DNA of 64,000 bases, taken from NCBI GenBank assembly GCA_913043225.1, contig CAJWLU010000002.1, forward strand, positions 192,001 to 256,000. The letters are read 5' to 3'. This DNA comes from an uncultured Acidobacteriota bacterium (GTDB taxonomy: Bacteria > Acidobacteriota > Vicinamibacteria > Vicinamibacterales > UBA8438). The notes beneath the pieces were generated by a model. The model ran no database searches. It saw only the letters and a list, made by a program, of their open reading frames with translations, and had not been told where the DNA came from. The position numbers were made by a program, and so were the translations under genes. Every line of letters begins with the position of its first letter. The first letter of the stretch is position 1. Positions 1-8,088 of this stretch are shown in pieces.

Positions 1-1193
1 CGATGGGGTACGTCGAGCACGCCATGCGCAAGCGGATACAGCGAGGTGAGGATCGACGGGGCCGACGCTTTCGTCCAAGTGGCTTGCGCCAGGGCGTCGT
101 CGAACCGGGCGCCGCCGGCGGCCAGTCTCGAGAGGGCGGGCGTGGTCTTGCGCTCGTAGCCATAGAGGTCCATGTGGTCGGGCCGGAGGGTGTCGGCCAT
201 GACCACGATGACCCCTTGGGGCGTCTCCTGCACCGGCGCGCGCCGGCGGATGACCGGGGCGCCCCAGAGCCCGATCACGGCCGGTTCCGGCGCTTCCACC
301 GAAAGGGCCAGCGTTATCTGACGACCCGCCACGGCCGTGAGGTCGACGGCGGCCGGCTCCCACCGGTCGGGGGTGGTGAGGGTTTGGCGGAACAGCTCAA
401 TCCGGTCGGTGTCCGACTCGGCCACCACGCGGAATGTAGTCGGCGTCGGAGTCATCGTCCCCAGCGCGAGGTCGAGCCAGGACCCGTCCGGGATGGTGAC
501 CGGTACCCGGAAGGTCTCGGGTGACTTGGCGACGACTGACTCGCGAAAAACGTTGGACTGACCTCGCCAGGCTACGCCGCTTGGGGTCTCGGCGAGATAC
601 TCGCGGTCGAACACCAGCCGGACCGAGGCGATCTCGAACTCGGCGCCGGCGACATCGCTCGGGCGGATGAATACCCTGTGGATAGCGGACGACGGTCTGG
701 CGTCCTTGGCTCGGATCTCGTAGGTCCGCAGCTCGTCGCCAGGGATCAAAGGACTCGAGAGTGCCCATGCCTCGTCGTCACGGACGCCTTCCAGGTCGAA
801 GGTCCCTCGGCTGCGGAACTCGACCTCCAGAGTGGTGCCCTCTGAGACTTGGATCTCGATCTCGACCGTGTGAAGTCGGTCAGTGCGGTGGCCATCGTCC
901 GGCCATTCCGCATAGACCATGCCCGTAGGGTCCGCACTGCGGCCACGGAGGCGACCTTGCCGCACCACGACGTCCTCGAGCCCGCCGCCTTCCTGCCAAG
1001 CCGTGGCCTCGTCCTCCACTGCGAATCGCCAGAGTGCTCGTGGCGGGGAGGATGCAGCCGGGGTGTCGGAGATAGTCGCCGGCCCGCCGCCGACCAGATC
1101 TACCAGGTGAATCGCGGTCGGAAGTCGGTCCGGCTGACCGCCGCAGGCGGCGCCGAAGAGGATGATGACGATGGCCGCACTGACGCGGGGCAC
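1..1193 (-). CDS. Sulfatase-like (alkaline phosphatase superfamily) lipoprotein, 3' end outside window
   Basis: Not in ORF track (no stop in window). Hand translation from GTG at 1193: signal/lipobox IVIILFGAAC, then GVIVVMADTLRPDHMDLYGYERKTTPAL...QATWTKASAPSILTSLYPLAHGV, a sulfatase-family N-terminal core. Confidence 0.85.
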   Translation of the reverse strand, partial: MPRVSAAIVIILFGAACGGQPDRLPTAIHLVDLVGGGPATISDTPAASSPPRALWRFAVEDEATAWQEGGGLEDVVVRQGRLRGRSADPTGMVYAEWPDDGHRTDRLHTVEIEIQVSEGTTLEVEFRSRGTFDLEGVRDDEAWALSSPLIPGDELRTYEIRAKDARPSSAIHRVFIRPSDVAGAEFEIASVRLVFDREYLAETPSGVAWRGQSNVFRESVVAKSPETFRVPVTIPDGSWLDLALGTMTPTPTTFRVVAESDTDRIELFRQTLTTPDRWEPAAVDLTAVAGRQITLALSVEAPEPAVIGLWGAPVIRRRAPVQETPQGVIVVMADTLRPDHMDLYGYERKTTPALSRLAAGGARFDDALAQATWTKASAPSILTSLYPLAHGVLDVPH

Positions 1194-1194
1194 C

Positions 1195-2025
1195 TCACAC
1201 CTCGACCCCGAGCACGCCCTTAAAGGCGAACCCGAAGAACATCGAAAACACGAAAAAGCCGATCAGCCAGTTGACGCCGAACCCGAGCAGGCTCATCTCG
1301 AGTGGGGGGTACGCGACCTCGATTGTCTCGATCGGGTGACCCGCGTCGATCGGCGGTTCTCCGGGGTAGAGCAGCGCATCCAGAGGGTTGGTGGTCCGGA
1401 GCTGACCGATGCTGCGCCAACCGCCGCCCCCGCTGAGCCCCTTCTCGAGCGCCTCGTCGCCGATGTGCACCAGGAGGACGTGGTCGCCGGCAGTGTCTAC
1501 CCGCACCCGCCATGCCACCTCTGGGTTGGTACGGACTCGCACCGGCGGTGTTTCCACGGTCACACCGTGAGGTGCTTCGAGGCTCAGCGGCTGGTCGAGC
1601 AGAGACGCATCGCGGACGATTGCCTTCAGCACGACCGATTCGCCCGGAGAGAGGGGGCGGACATCGAACCGCAGCGCCAGCTGGGTCATGATCAGCACCA
1701 CCGGCACCAACATCACCAGGAGCGGCACTAGCGCCAGCCGCATGAAGCCGAAGGTGTCGGTAAAGATCCGACGCTGCAGGCCGAGCACGACACCGATGTC
1801 GTGTTGGAACAGCCGGACGCCGATCAGGTTGCCTCGAATCCGGTCCCGCACCGCCTTGATCTGCTCCTGATCCGAGGTTTTGCCGAAGAGCCAGACGAGG
1901 AAGATACCAGCGCCGGCCGAGATCGCGGTCAAAGCCCAGACCGGGGCGAGGCTCCGAAATGGCCAGGTGATGACCTCGAAGATCGGCGTCATTACGACGT
2001 GCAGGACGTGGACAAGCGTAGACAT
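1195..2025 (-). CDS. Hypothetical integral membrane protein (N-terminal TM plus amphipathic segment, possibly DUF106/EMC3-like)
   Basis: 276 aa; about three hydrophobic segments with a beta-rich soluble middle; abuts both neighbours. Confidence 0.75.
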   Translation of the reverse strand: MSTLVHVLHVVMTPIFEVITWPFRSLAPVWALTAISAGAGIFLVWLFGKTSDQEQIKAVRDRIRGNLIGVRLFQHDIGVVLGLQRRIFTDTFGFMRLALVPLLVMLVPVVLIMTQLALRFDVRPLSPGESVVLKAIVRDASLLDQPLSLEAPHGVTVETPPVRVRTNPEVAWRVRVDTAGDHVLLVHIGDEALEKGLSGGGGWRSIGQLRTTNPLDALLYPGEPPIDAGHPIETIEVAYPPLEMSLLGFGVNWLIGFFVFSMFFGFAFKGVLGVEV

Positions 2026-2217
2026 CTACGAGATGTAGCCGAGTCCCTTCAGGCGCTTCTTGATCTCCTCTTCGGAATCGGCGCCCTCGAGCTGGACGAT
2101 CTCCTTCTCCAGCGCGTGGTTGACGAACTCTTCGACGGTCGAGTACCCAGCGATTTCAGCATAGCGGGTCGCTTTCTCGAGTAGTGCCTTGTCGATCTTG
2201 ACCTTGGAACCGAACAC
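2026..2217 (-). CDS. Small ribbon-helix-helix-like protein with C-terminal LxxLGY motif
   Basis: 63 aa, AAGGAGG RBS upstream; KVKIDKALLEKATRYAEIAGYSTVEEFVNHALEKE resembles CopG/RHH; ends EEIKKRLKGLGYIS. Confidence 0.8.
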   Translation of the reverse strand: MFGSKVKIDKALLEKATRYAEIAGYSTVEEFVNHALEKEIVQLEGADSEEEIKKRLKGLGYIS

Positions 2218-2243
2218 GTTGTCGTTCCTCCTTTGTTCCTGGC

Positions 2244-4241
2244 CTACCGATCCGAGATCACGTCCTGTCCGATCATCTCGGGCAGCGGAGCGACCCCGAA
2301 TTCGTTGAGCACGCTGACGGTCAAGTCCGCCAGTCCCGGGTTCTCCACGCTGACCTGGCGGTTGGTCAGGAGTATCCCAGGTACCAGTCGGTAGTCATTT
2401 GTGTGGTCACCGCTCCATGGATCGTCGTTGTCGACGACGATCTCTTCCGAGAACTCTCCGAGCGGGCTTTCCCACGAATAGCGGTAGCCGCGGTTGTAGC
2501 CGACGAGCAAATCCGGGCTCAGTTCGAGGTGAGGGCCAGTGAACTCCTCGCGCGTCTTGAGGACCAGACCGATCGGCGCGTTGCCGTTTCGCTCGTCCAC
2601 CAATGCCAGCAGGTCGCGCTCGAGCTCGTCGAGGAGCCGGTTGTACTCTTCACCCGGTCGGACGATGCCTCCCTGCTCGCGGCCCTCCAGGTTCACGAAC
2701 ACCCCGCCCATGCCAAAGGCGTAGGCTTGGGTCCGGGACCAATCGACGTTGGTGAACATAGGGAGATCGGTGACCCGCGTTGGGTCACGCAGGGTGATAT
2801 AGCCTCGTTCGAGCAGGTAGGTGTTCAGGTTGACGCCCCAGTAGAACGGCGAGAACCCGTGGTCGGACATCACCATCAACGTGGTGTCGTCGTCTACCGC
2901 GTCGAGTACCCGGCCCAGCGCCTCGTCCATTTCCTCGTAGAGCTGCCGGATGCCCTGCTCGAGCAGCTCGTCCGGCTCGTGAAGTGGATGCTCCGGATCC
3001 GCGTAGTGGTAGAGCATGTGCGAGCCCTGGTCGACGCTGGAGAAGTAAAAGAAGAGCAGGCCGTCGTCGAAGTCCTCGAGGAAATGATCGAGTGCCCGCC
3101 GCCGTTCCTGATAGACGAACTGCGCCTGTTCCCAGAACTCTCGGCCGCTGAAGATACCTTCGGAGAATGCCTTGGTCTCCTCGGGGAGCTCCTGCGTGTA
3201 GAAGGGTCCGAGGACGTCATGCAGATCCCCCGACCAGTCCTCGGGGCTCGACAGTGGCATCGCCGGGTTGTCCGGGTGGATCTGCAGTGGCGACACATAC
3301 AGCCGGAAGTCGGGTCGTACCTTCTGGAGATAGAAGCGGCCCATTGCACTCACGTTGACCAGATACGGGAGCGCCTCGAATTCCACGTCCACCCAGTCGC
3401 TCCACTCGCCCTCGTTGAGCACGAGCTCGGTCTCCTGAACGACGATCTTGGCCGCCGGAGCTTCCGGGTCGATGTGCACCTCGAAGTCGATCGTTAGCTC
3501 TGGGTTCTCATACTCCACCTCTCCCGCGCCGAACACGGTGGTGGTGGTCGGCTCTCGGCGGAGCGCATTTGGGGGGCCGTAGAGCTGGGCCTCGACTCTG
3601 CCGTTGACCACCTCCACCAGCTCGAGCCGGCCGGTCATCGCCTCCTGATTTTCTGGAGGGTAGTCAGTAAAGAAGGTGTAGATGCCGTGGAGGCCGAGGA
3701 TGTCTGGGGTGCCCATGCCGGCGAACGACCGCCCGCCGATCACCGGAGGAAAGTTCACCGGCATCCGGAAAATCGTCGTCTCGATGCCGGCCTGGTCGAG
3801 TAGCTCCCAGAAGGCTTGACCGCGGCGATAGAGTTCGACGTCGCCGCCGGAGAGCGGCACCACCCAGGAGCCGATGTTCAAACTGCGGCCTTCCGGGCCG
3901 ATTGCGTAAAACGGTTCGACGACCTCCATCGTGGCCGGGTCCCGGAGCAGGAAGTCGAAGACGCCATGACCACCTGGGTCGAGGCCGGTGATGAACGTCG
4001 ACCAGGCCACCGGACTGAGGGGGGGCATGGTGGTCTCGAGCGGACTGAGGCTGCCCTCGTCTGCCAGACGGGAAAAGTTGGGGAGCCGGCCCTCGCCCAT
4101 GAACTGCTCAAGCAGGCCATGGTCCATGCCGTCGATGCCGATCACGATGACTCTCTTGCCCGAGCCGCCGACGCGACAAGCGGCGGCCACGGCCGCCATC
4201 GCGACGAGTCCGAGCGCCGTCAGCAGCCGAAGGCGGGTCAT
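2244..4241 (-). CDS. Alkaline phosphatase superfamily / type I phosphodiesterase-like protein, predicted lipoprotein
   Basis: Lipobox-like AAAAC; motifs GIDGMD, PPLSPVAWSTFITG, DQGSH, SDHGF, WSGDH. Confidence 0.85.
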   Translation of the reverse strand: MTRLRLLTALGLVAMAAVAAACRVGGSGKRVIVIGIDGMDHGLLEQFMGEGRLPNFSRLADEGSLSPLETTMPPLSPVAWSTFITGLDPGGHGVFDFLLRDPATMEVVEPFYAIGPEGRSLNIGSWVVPLSGGDVELYRRGQAFWELLDQAGIETTIFRMPVNFPPVIGGRSFAGMGTPDILGLHGIYTFFTDYPPENQEAMTGRLELVEVVNGRVEAQLYGPPNALRREPTTTTVFGAGEVEYENPELTIDFEVHIDPEAPAAKIVVQETELVLNEGEWSDWVDVEFEALPYLVNVSAMGRFYLQKVRPDFRLYVSPLQIHPDNPAMPLSSPEDWSGDLHDVLGPFYTQELPEETKAFSEGIFSGREFWEQAQFVYQERRRALDHFLEDFDDGLLFFYFSSVDQGSHMLYHYADPEHPLHEPDELLEQGIRQLYEEMDEALGRVLDAVDDDTTLMVMSDHGFSPFYWGVNLNTYLLERGYITLRDPTRVTDLPMFTNVDWSRTQAYAFGMGGVFVNLEGREQGGIVRPGEEYNRLLDELERDLLALVDERNGNAPIGLVLKTREEFTGPHLELSPDLLVGYNRGYRYSWESPLGEFSEEIVVDNDDPWSGDHTNDYRLVPGILLTNRQVSVENPGLADLTVSVLNEFGVAPLPEMIGQDVISDR

Positions 4242-6403
4242 AGTGCCGCCGCCCGTGCCGCCCCGCCCGACATGGCGTCTCGGGGTGGAGAATCGGCAGC
4301 TGCCGGCATCAACGACTGGCCGTCGCAGTAGCCGGGCACCTTCACCCCGAAGAGATCGAGGACGGTGGGGCCGATGTCCATGATGCTCGGCGTGTCGCTA
4401 TTGATCCTTCTGTTCGAGAAGAGCATGCCGGGGACGTCGGGCGGGTTGAAGTTGTGGTCGCCGCTCCAGTAGCGGGTGTTGTCCTCGATGACCTCGGTGC
4501 CGACGCCGCCGGTGACCGACGTCCATCCCACCCGGTGCCCCGGGCGGAAGCCGACGATCAGATCCGGCGCCTCCGGCACATACGGGCCTGAGTAGACCTC
4601 GGTAGCGTCGTACACTTCCCGGACCGGCTGGACCTGCTCGACGTGGTCGACGAGCTCGAGCAGACCCTCGCGGATTGCCTGCTTTAGCGCGGGCACTTCC
4701 TCAGCTGTCACGGTGCCCTGGGCCTCGCGCCCGGCGAGGTTGAGGTAGATGCCGCCGAATCCCACCGCGTAGGCCTGGGTGCGCGACCAGTCGACGTCGC
4801 CGAACATGTCCGCACCGGTGGGGATGTCCCCTTTTAGCGCGAGGAATCCGCGTTGATACAGCCAGGTGTTCAGGTTGACGCCCCGACGGAACGGTTTGAA
4901 GCCGTGATCGGACATCACGAAGAGTGCGGTGTCGTCACCGGCGGCCTTCATCGTCTTGCCCACGAGTCGGTCCATCTCGATGTAGAGCTTCCGGATGGCG
5001 TCCTTGTGCTTCCCGTTCCGGCCGCGATTGGCGGGGTGGGTTTCGTCGAGGTGCCGGAAGAACATGTGCTGCAGGCGGTCGGTGATATCGAAGACGCAGA
5101 CCACGGCTCCCTGGCTGGTCTTGTCCAGCGCGTCGAAGAACATCCGTTCCCGCTCCTCGTGCACCAGATAGGTCTGCTCCAGGAACGCATCCTCATCGAC
5201 CACTTCTTCGTTCAGAGCCGACGTGTCTTCGGCCAGTCCGAGTGTGGCGTAGCGACCCTGGGTCTTCGAGAGGTATACCGCATAAGTGAACGGGTGTGAG
5301 ATCGGCAGCGCCGGCTGATCCGGGTCGATGTTAATCGGCGTCATGTACAGCTTCAGGTGCGGATCGGTCTCGAGTAGGTAGAAGCGCACGATGCCGGTCA
5401 CCGACATGCCGAGTCCTGGCTTAAAGGACAGCGTGATCCAGGGCGTGTGCTGGCGGCGAGGTAACGGGTGAGTTTCGTCACCGAGCAGCAGCGTGGCTGC
5501 GCCGTCCTCTGCGGCCTGGACCTCGAACTTGAGCAGCATCTCGCCGCCTGCCTCTAGGAGGCTGTTCTCGGGACCCGTGATGACGCTCTGGGCGCGGCCA
5601 CCGGTCCACGTGACTGGCACCCGCACGCCACTGGTCATCGAGAGCCGTTCGTCCGGGTCGCTGCTGTAGTAGTGGTAGGTGCCCTGGCTCCCGTTCAGGT
5701 CGGGCACGCTCATCGCCGATAGCAACGTTCCGTTGAATTTCTCGGCGGGGAAGGTGATGGGGACGCGGAGGATGGTGCTGACGATGCCGTGGTCGCCCAA
5801 CGTTTTCCAGAACGGTTGACTCTTGCGTCCCTGCTCGATGAGCGGCTTGCCGAGCGGAATCCGGAACGGTCCGAGCGGCAGCGAGCGCCGGGGCGGCTCG
5901 ACGCGGGCCGAGCAAAGTTCCGGCAGATGCGATTTTCGATTCGGGACGAGAAAATCGAAGATCCGGTGCTTGCCGGGGTTGCATCCGGTCTGGAATGAGG
6001 TCCACGCGACCGGGGACTCGGCGAGCAGGGTCGTACCGAGCCGGTTGAAGCTTCCGGCATCGCGGAGCTTCGCGAAGTTCGGCAGTACCCCTTCGTCCAT
6101 CAGGGCTTCGGTCAGCTCCGGATCCTGACCGTCGAGGCCAAGAACGATGACCCGTTTGACCCGGCTGGCGGCTAGCGCCCGGCTCCCGCGGATTTTCTGG
6201 ATGGCCAGGCGGACGGGCCAGGTCACCAGGGTCACCACTGCCAGCATCATGGTGACCAGCAGGATGAAGAGGGACGAGACGAAGGCGAAGCCGGCGCCCG
6301 GGCCGACGTAGGCGTGGACCGCGGCGGGAGCGATTAGCTCTCCGGCTGTCACCGCCAGCAGTGCGGCGGCAGGTAGGGACCCGCGAAGACTCTTGGGCAT
6401 CAA
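4238..6403 (-). CDS. Alkaline phosphatase superfamily / type I phosphodiesterase-like protein, membrane-anchored
   Basis: Signal-like N-terminus ending VHA-YVGPGAG then a TM helix; motifs GLDGQD, AESPVAWTSFQTG, DRLQH, SDHGF, WSGDH. Confidence 0.85.
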   Translation of the reverse strand: MMPKSLRGSLPAAALLAVTAGELIAPAAVHAYVGPGAGFAFVSSLFILLVTMMLAVVTLVTWPVRLAIQKIRGSRALAASRVKRVIVLGLDGQDPELTEALMDEGVLPNFAKLRDAGSFNRLGTTLLAESPVAWTSFQTGCNPGKHRIFDFLVPNRKSHLPELCSARVEPPRRSLPLGPFRIPLGKPLIEQGRKSQPFWKTLGDHGIVSTILRVPITFPAEKFNGTLLSAMSVPDLNGSQGTYHYYSSDPDERLSMTSGVRVPVTWTGGRAQSVITGPENSLLEAGGEMLLKFEVQAAEDGAATLLLGDETHPLPRRQHTPWITLSFKPGLGMSVTGIVRFYLLETDPHLKLYMTPINIDPDQPALPISHPFTYAVYLSKTQGRYATLGLAEDTSALNEEVVDEDAFLEQTYLVHEERERMFFDALDKTSQGAVVCVFDITDRLQHMFFRHLDETHPANRGRNGKHKDAIRKLYIEMDRLVGKTMKAAGDDTALFVMSDHGFKPFRRGVNLNTWLYQRGFLALKGDIPTGADMFGDVDWSRTQAYAVGFGGIYLNLAGREAQGTVTAEEVPALKQAIREGLLELVDHVEQVQPVREVYDATEVYSGPYVPEAPDLIVGFRPGHRVGWTSVTGGVGTEVIEDNTRYWSGDHNFNPPDVPGMLFSNRRINSDTPSIMDIGPTVLDLFGVKVPGYCDGQSLMPAAADSPPRDAMSGGAARAAAL

Positions 6404-7044
6404 GTGGCTCCTGATCCAGCGTCTTGTCCGGCACGATTCCGGTAGAGCTGGCTGTCCACGACGCCGCTCATCTTCTCGACGTCTAGGCTGCCGCCGAGGA
6501 ACGCGTTTACCCGTTCTGCCACCGCCGCAGGCTGGGTCACCGCCGCCCGGTGCTCGACATAGAGCACCTCGCAGTTCTTCCGCGCCGCCAGCTGCCGCTC
6601 GACCTTGCTCAGATGGGCCGCGAACACACGCGCCATCTCCGCATCGGCGGCGTCGCCGCCAGATGCGCCCCGACGATCTAGCATCTTTTGCTGGGAGGCG
6701 AGGACCTCCTGCAAACTCCGTCGAACGAAGACGATCTTGTAATGGTGGGTGGCGGGCAGATGCTGGAGCAGGAAGGAGATGATCTTCACGACTTTGCCGT
6801 GCGCGTCGTCGAGCCAGGCGGTGTCGCCGTTCTTGTCGAGGTCCTTGACCGCTTCGAGCTCGTGATATCCCCTCGGGTTGTCGTCGTCCGCCTGGCGGAC
6901 ACCGTCGACGACCTCCTCCAGGCCCCCGGCCGAGATCATGCTCATGAGCATGGAGGTGCCCGAGCGAGGCAGACCGGAGACCACAACCACCGATTTGTCT
7001 ACGCCAGGCGGGTCACCGGCGAAGAGCCGGCGCAAGAACTCCAT
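6400..7044 (-). CDS. PAPS-dependent sulfotransferase family protein
   Basis: 5'-PSB motif SGLPRSGTS and 3'-PB-like motif FVRRSLQEVLASQ; start set at ATG 7044. Confidence 0.85.
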   Translation of the reverse strand: MEFLRRLFAGDPPGVDKSVVVVSGLPRSGTSMLMSMISAGGLEEVVDGVRQADDDNPRGYHELEAVKDLDKNGDTAWLDDAHGKVVKIISFLLQHLPATHHYKIVFVRRSLQEVLASQQKMLDRRGASGGDAADAEMARVFAAHLSKVERQLAARKNCEVLYVEHRAAVTQPAAVAERVNAFLGGSLDVEKMSGVVDSQLYRNRAGQDAGSGAT

Positions 7045-7138
7045 CGTGACAGCTATTTCAATCGATGACCGGGGACCCGTCAAGCGGGTGCTCAGGCCGT
7101 TTGCGCCGCCGGGAGGGGGGCACTACACTGCGCACGCG

Positions 7139-7918
7139 ATGATGCAGATCGAGGCGGTGAACGAGGTCGCGCTGCGAGCCGGCGAAGTCGTCATGCGCCA
7201 CTACACGGCGCGCGATACCTGGGTGCGGGCCAAGGAGGACGGGTCGCCGGTGACCGGGGTGGACCTAGCGGCGGAGGAGATCATCTACGCCGGCCTGCGA
7301 GAGCTGGATCCGTCGATCCCCTACGTGTCCGAGGAGCGGGAGCTGCCGGACTACGAGACGCGGCGGGCGTGGGCGCGCTACTGGCTGGTCGATCCGCTCG
7401 ATGGCACCAAGGAGTTCATCAACCGGACCGACGAGTTCACCGTGAACATCGCGTTGATCGAGGCTGGACAGCCGGTGCTTGGGGTCGTGATGGCGCCAGC
7501 CTCTAACCTGCTCTACTACGCGACCAACGGCCAGGGGGCCTGGAGACGGAAGGGTGAGGGGGGCCCCGAGCGGCTGAGGTCCAGGCTCGCGGATCCGGCC
7601 GAGCCGCTCCGGATTGTGGAGAGCCGTTCTCATCCGAGCCCGGCGCTCGAGGCGTTTCTCGAGCCGTTCACGATCAGCGAACGGGTTAAAAGCGGCAGCT
7701 CGCTCAAGTTCTGTGTGGTTGCGGACGGACGGGCTGACATCTATCCACGTCTCGGGCCGACGATGGAGTGGGATGTCGCCGCCGGCGACTGCGTCTACCG
7801 CAACTCCGGAGACCCCGAGCCTCATCCGGGCACGCTGCGGTATAACAAGCCATCACTCAAGAACCCCAGCTTCGTTATCGGGCTGTCGCCTGGCAGCTAC
7901 GAGCTGCCTGAGGGCTGA
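7139..7918 (+). CDS. cysQ: 3'(2'),5'-bisphosphate nucleotidase
   Basis: KEDGSPVT, WLVDPLDGTKEF, GSSLKFC, PTMEWDVAAG motifs. Confidence 0.92.
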   Translation: MMQIEAVNEVALRAGEVVMRHYTARDTWVRAKEDGSPVTGVDLAAEEIIYAGLRELDPSIPYVSEERELPDYETRRAWARYWLVDPLDGTKEFINRTDEFTVNIALIEAGQPVLGVVMAPASNLLYYATNGQGAWRRKGEGGPERLRSRLADPAEPLRIVESRSHPSPALEAFLEPFTISERVKSGSSLKFCVVADGRADIYPRLGPTMEWDVAAGDCVYRNSGDPEPHPGTLRYNKPSLKNPSFVIGLSPGSYELPEG

Positions 7919-7953
7919 TCGAGGCCCCTCGCACTTGGGCGCGTCGCCATCCG

Positions 7954-8065
7954 TGATAAATTGAAGCGTTTGTCTACCCACCCAAGATGAGTGTGAGGAC
8001 AGTCGTCTCCGTTCGCACATTCCCCATACGCCGTTGCCGGCCTGGTCCGAAAGGGCCGGGCGGCA
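7954..8065 (+). promoter_or_regulatory. Putative promoter and structured 5' leader of sat
   Basis: TGATAAATT (extended -10-like) at 7954-7962; hairpin 7991-8018; GAAA-tetraloop hairpin 8035-8065 just before the GAGGAG RBS. Confidence 0.35.
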
Positions 8066-8088
8066 GGATAGTCAGAGGAGCCGGTACG

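Noticed and set aside
30..90. Apparent frameshift in the sulfatase-like gene near the active site
   Set aside because: Careful reverse-complement reading gives a continuous frame ATWTKASAPSILTSLYP
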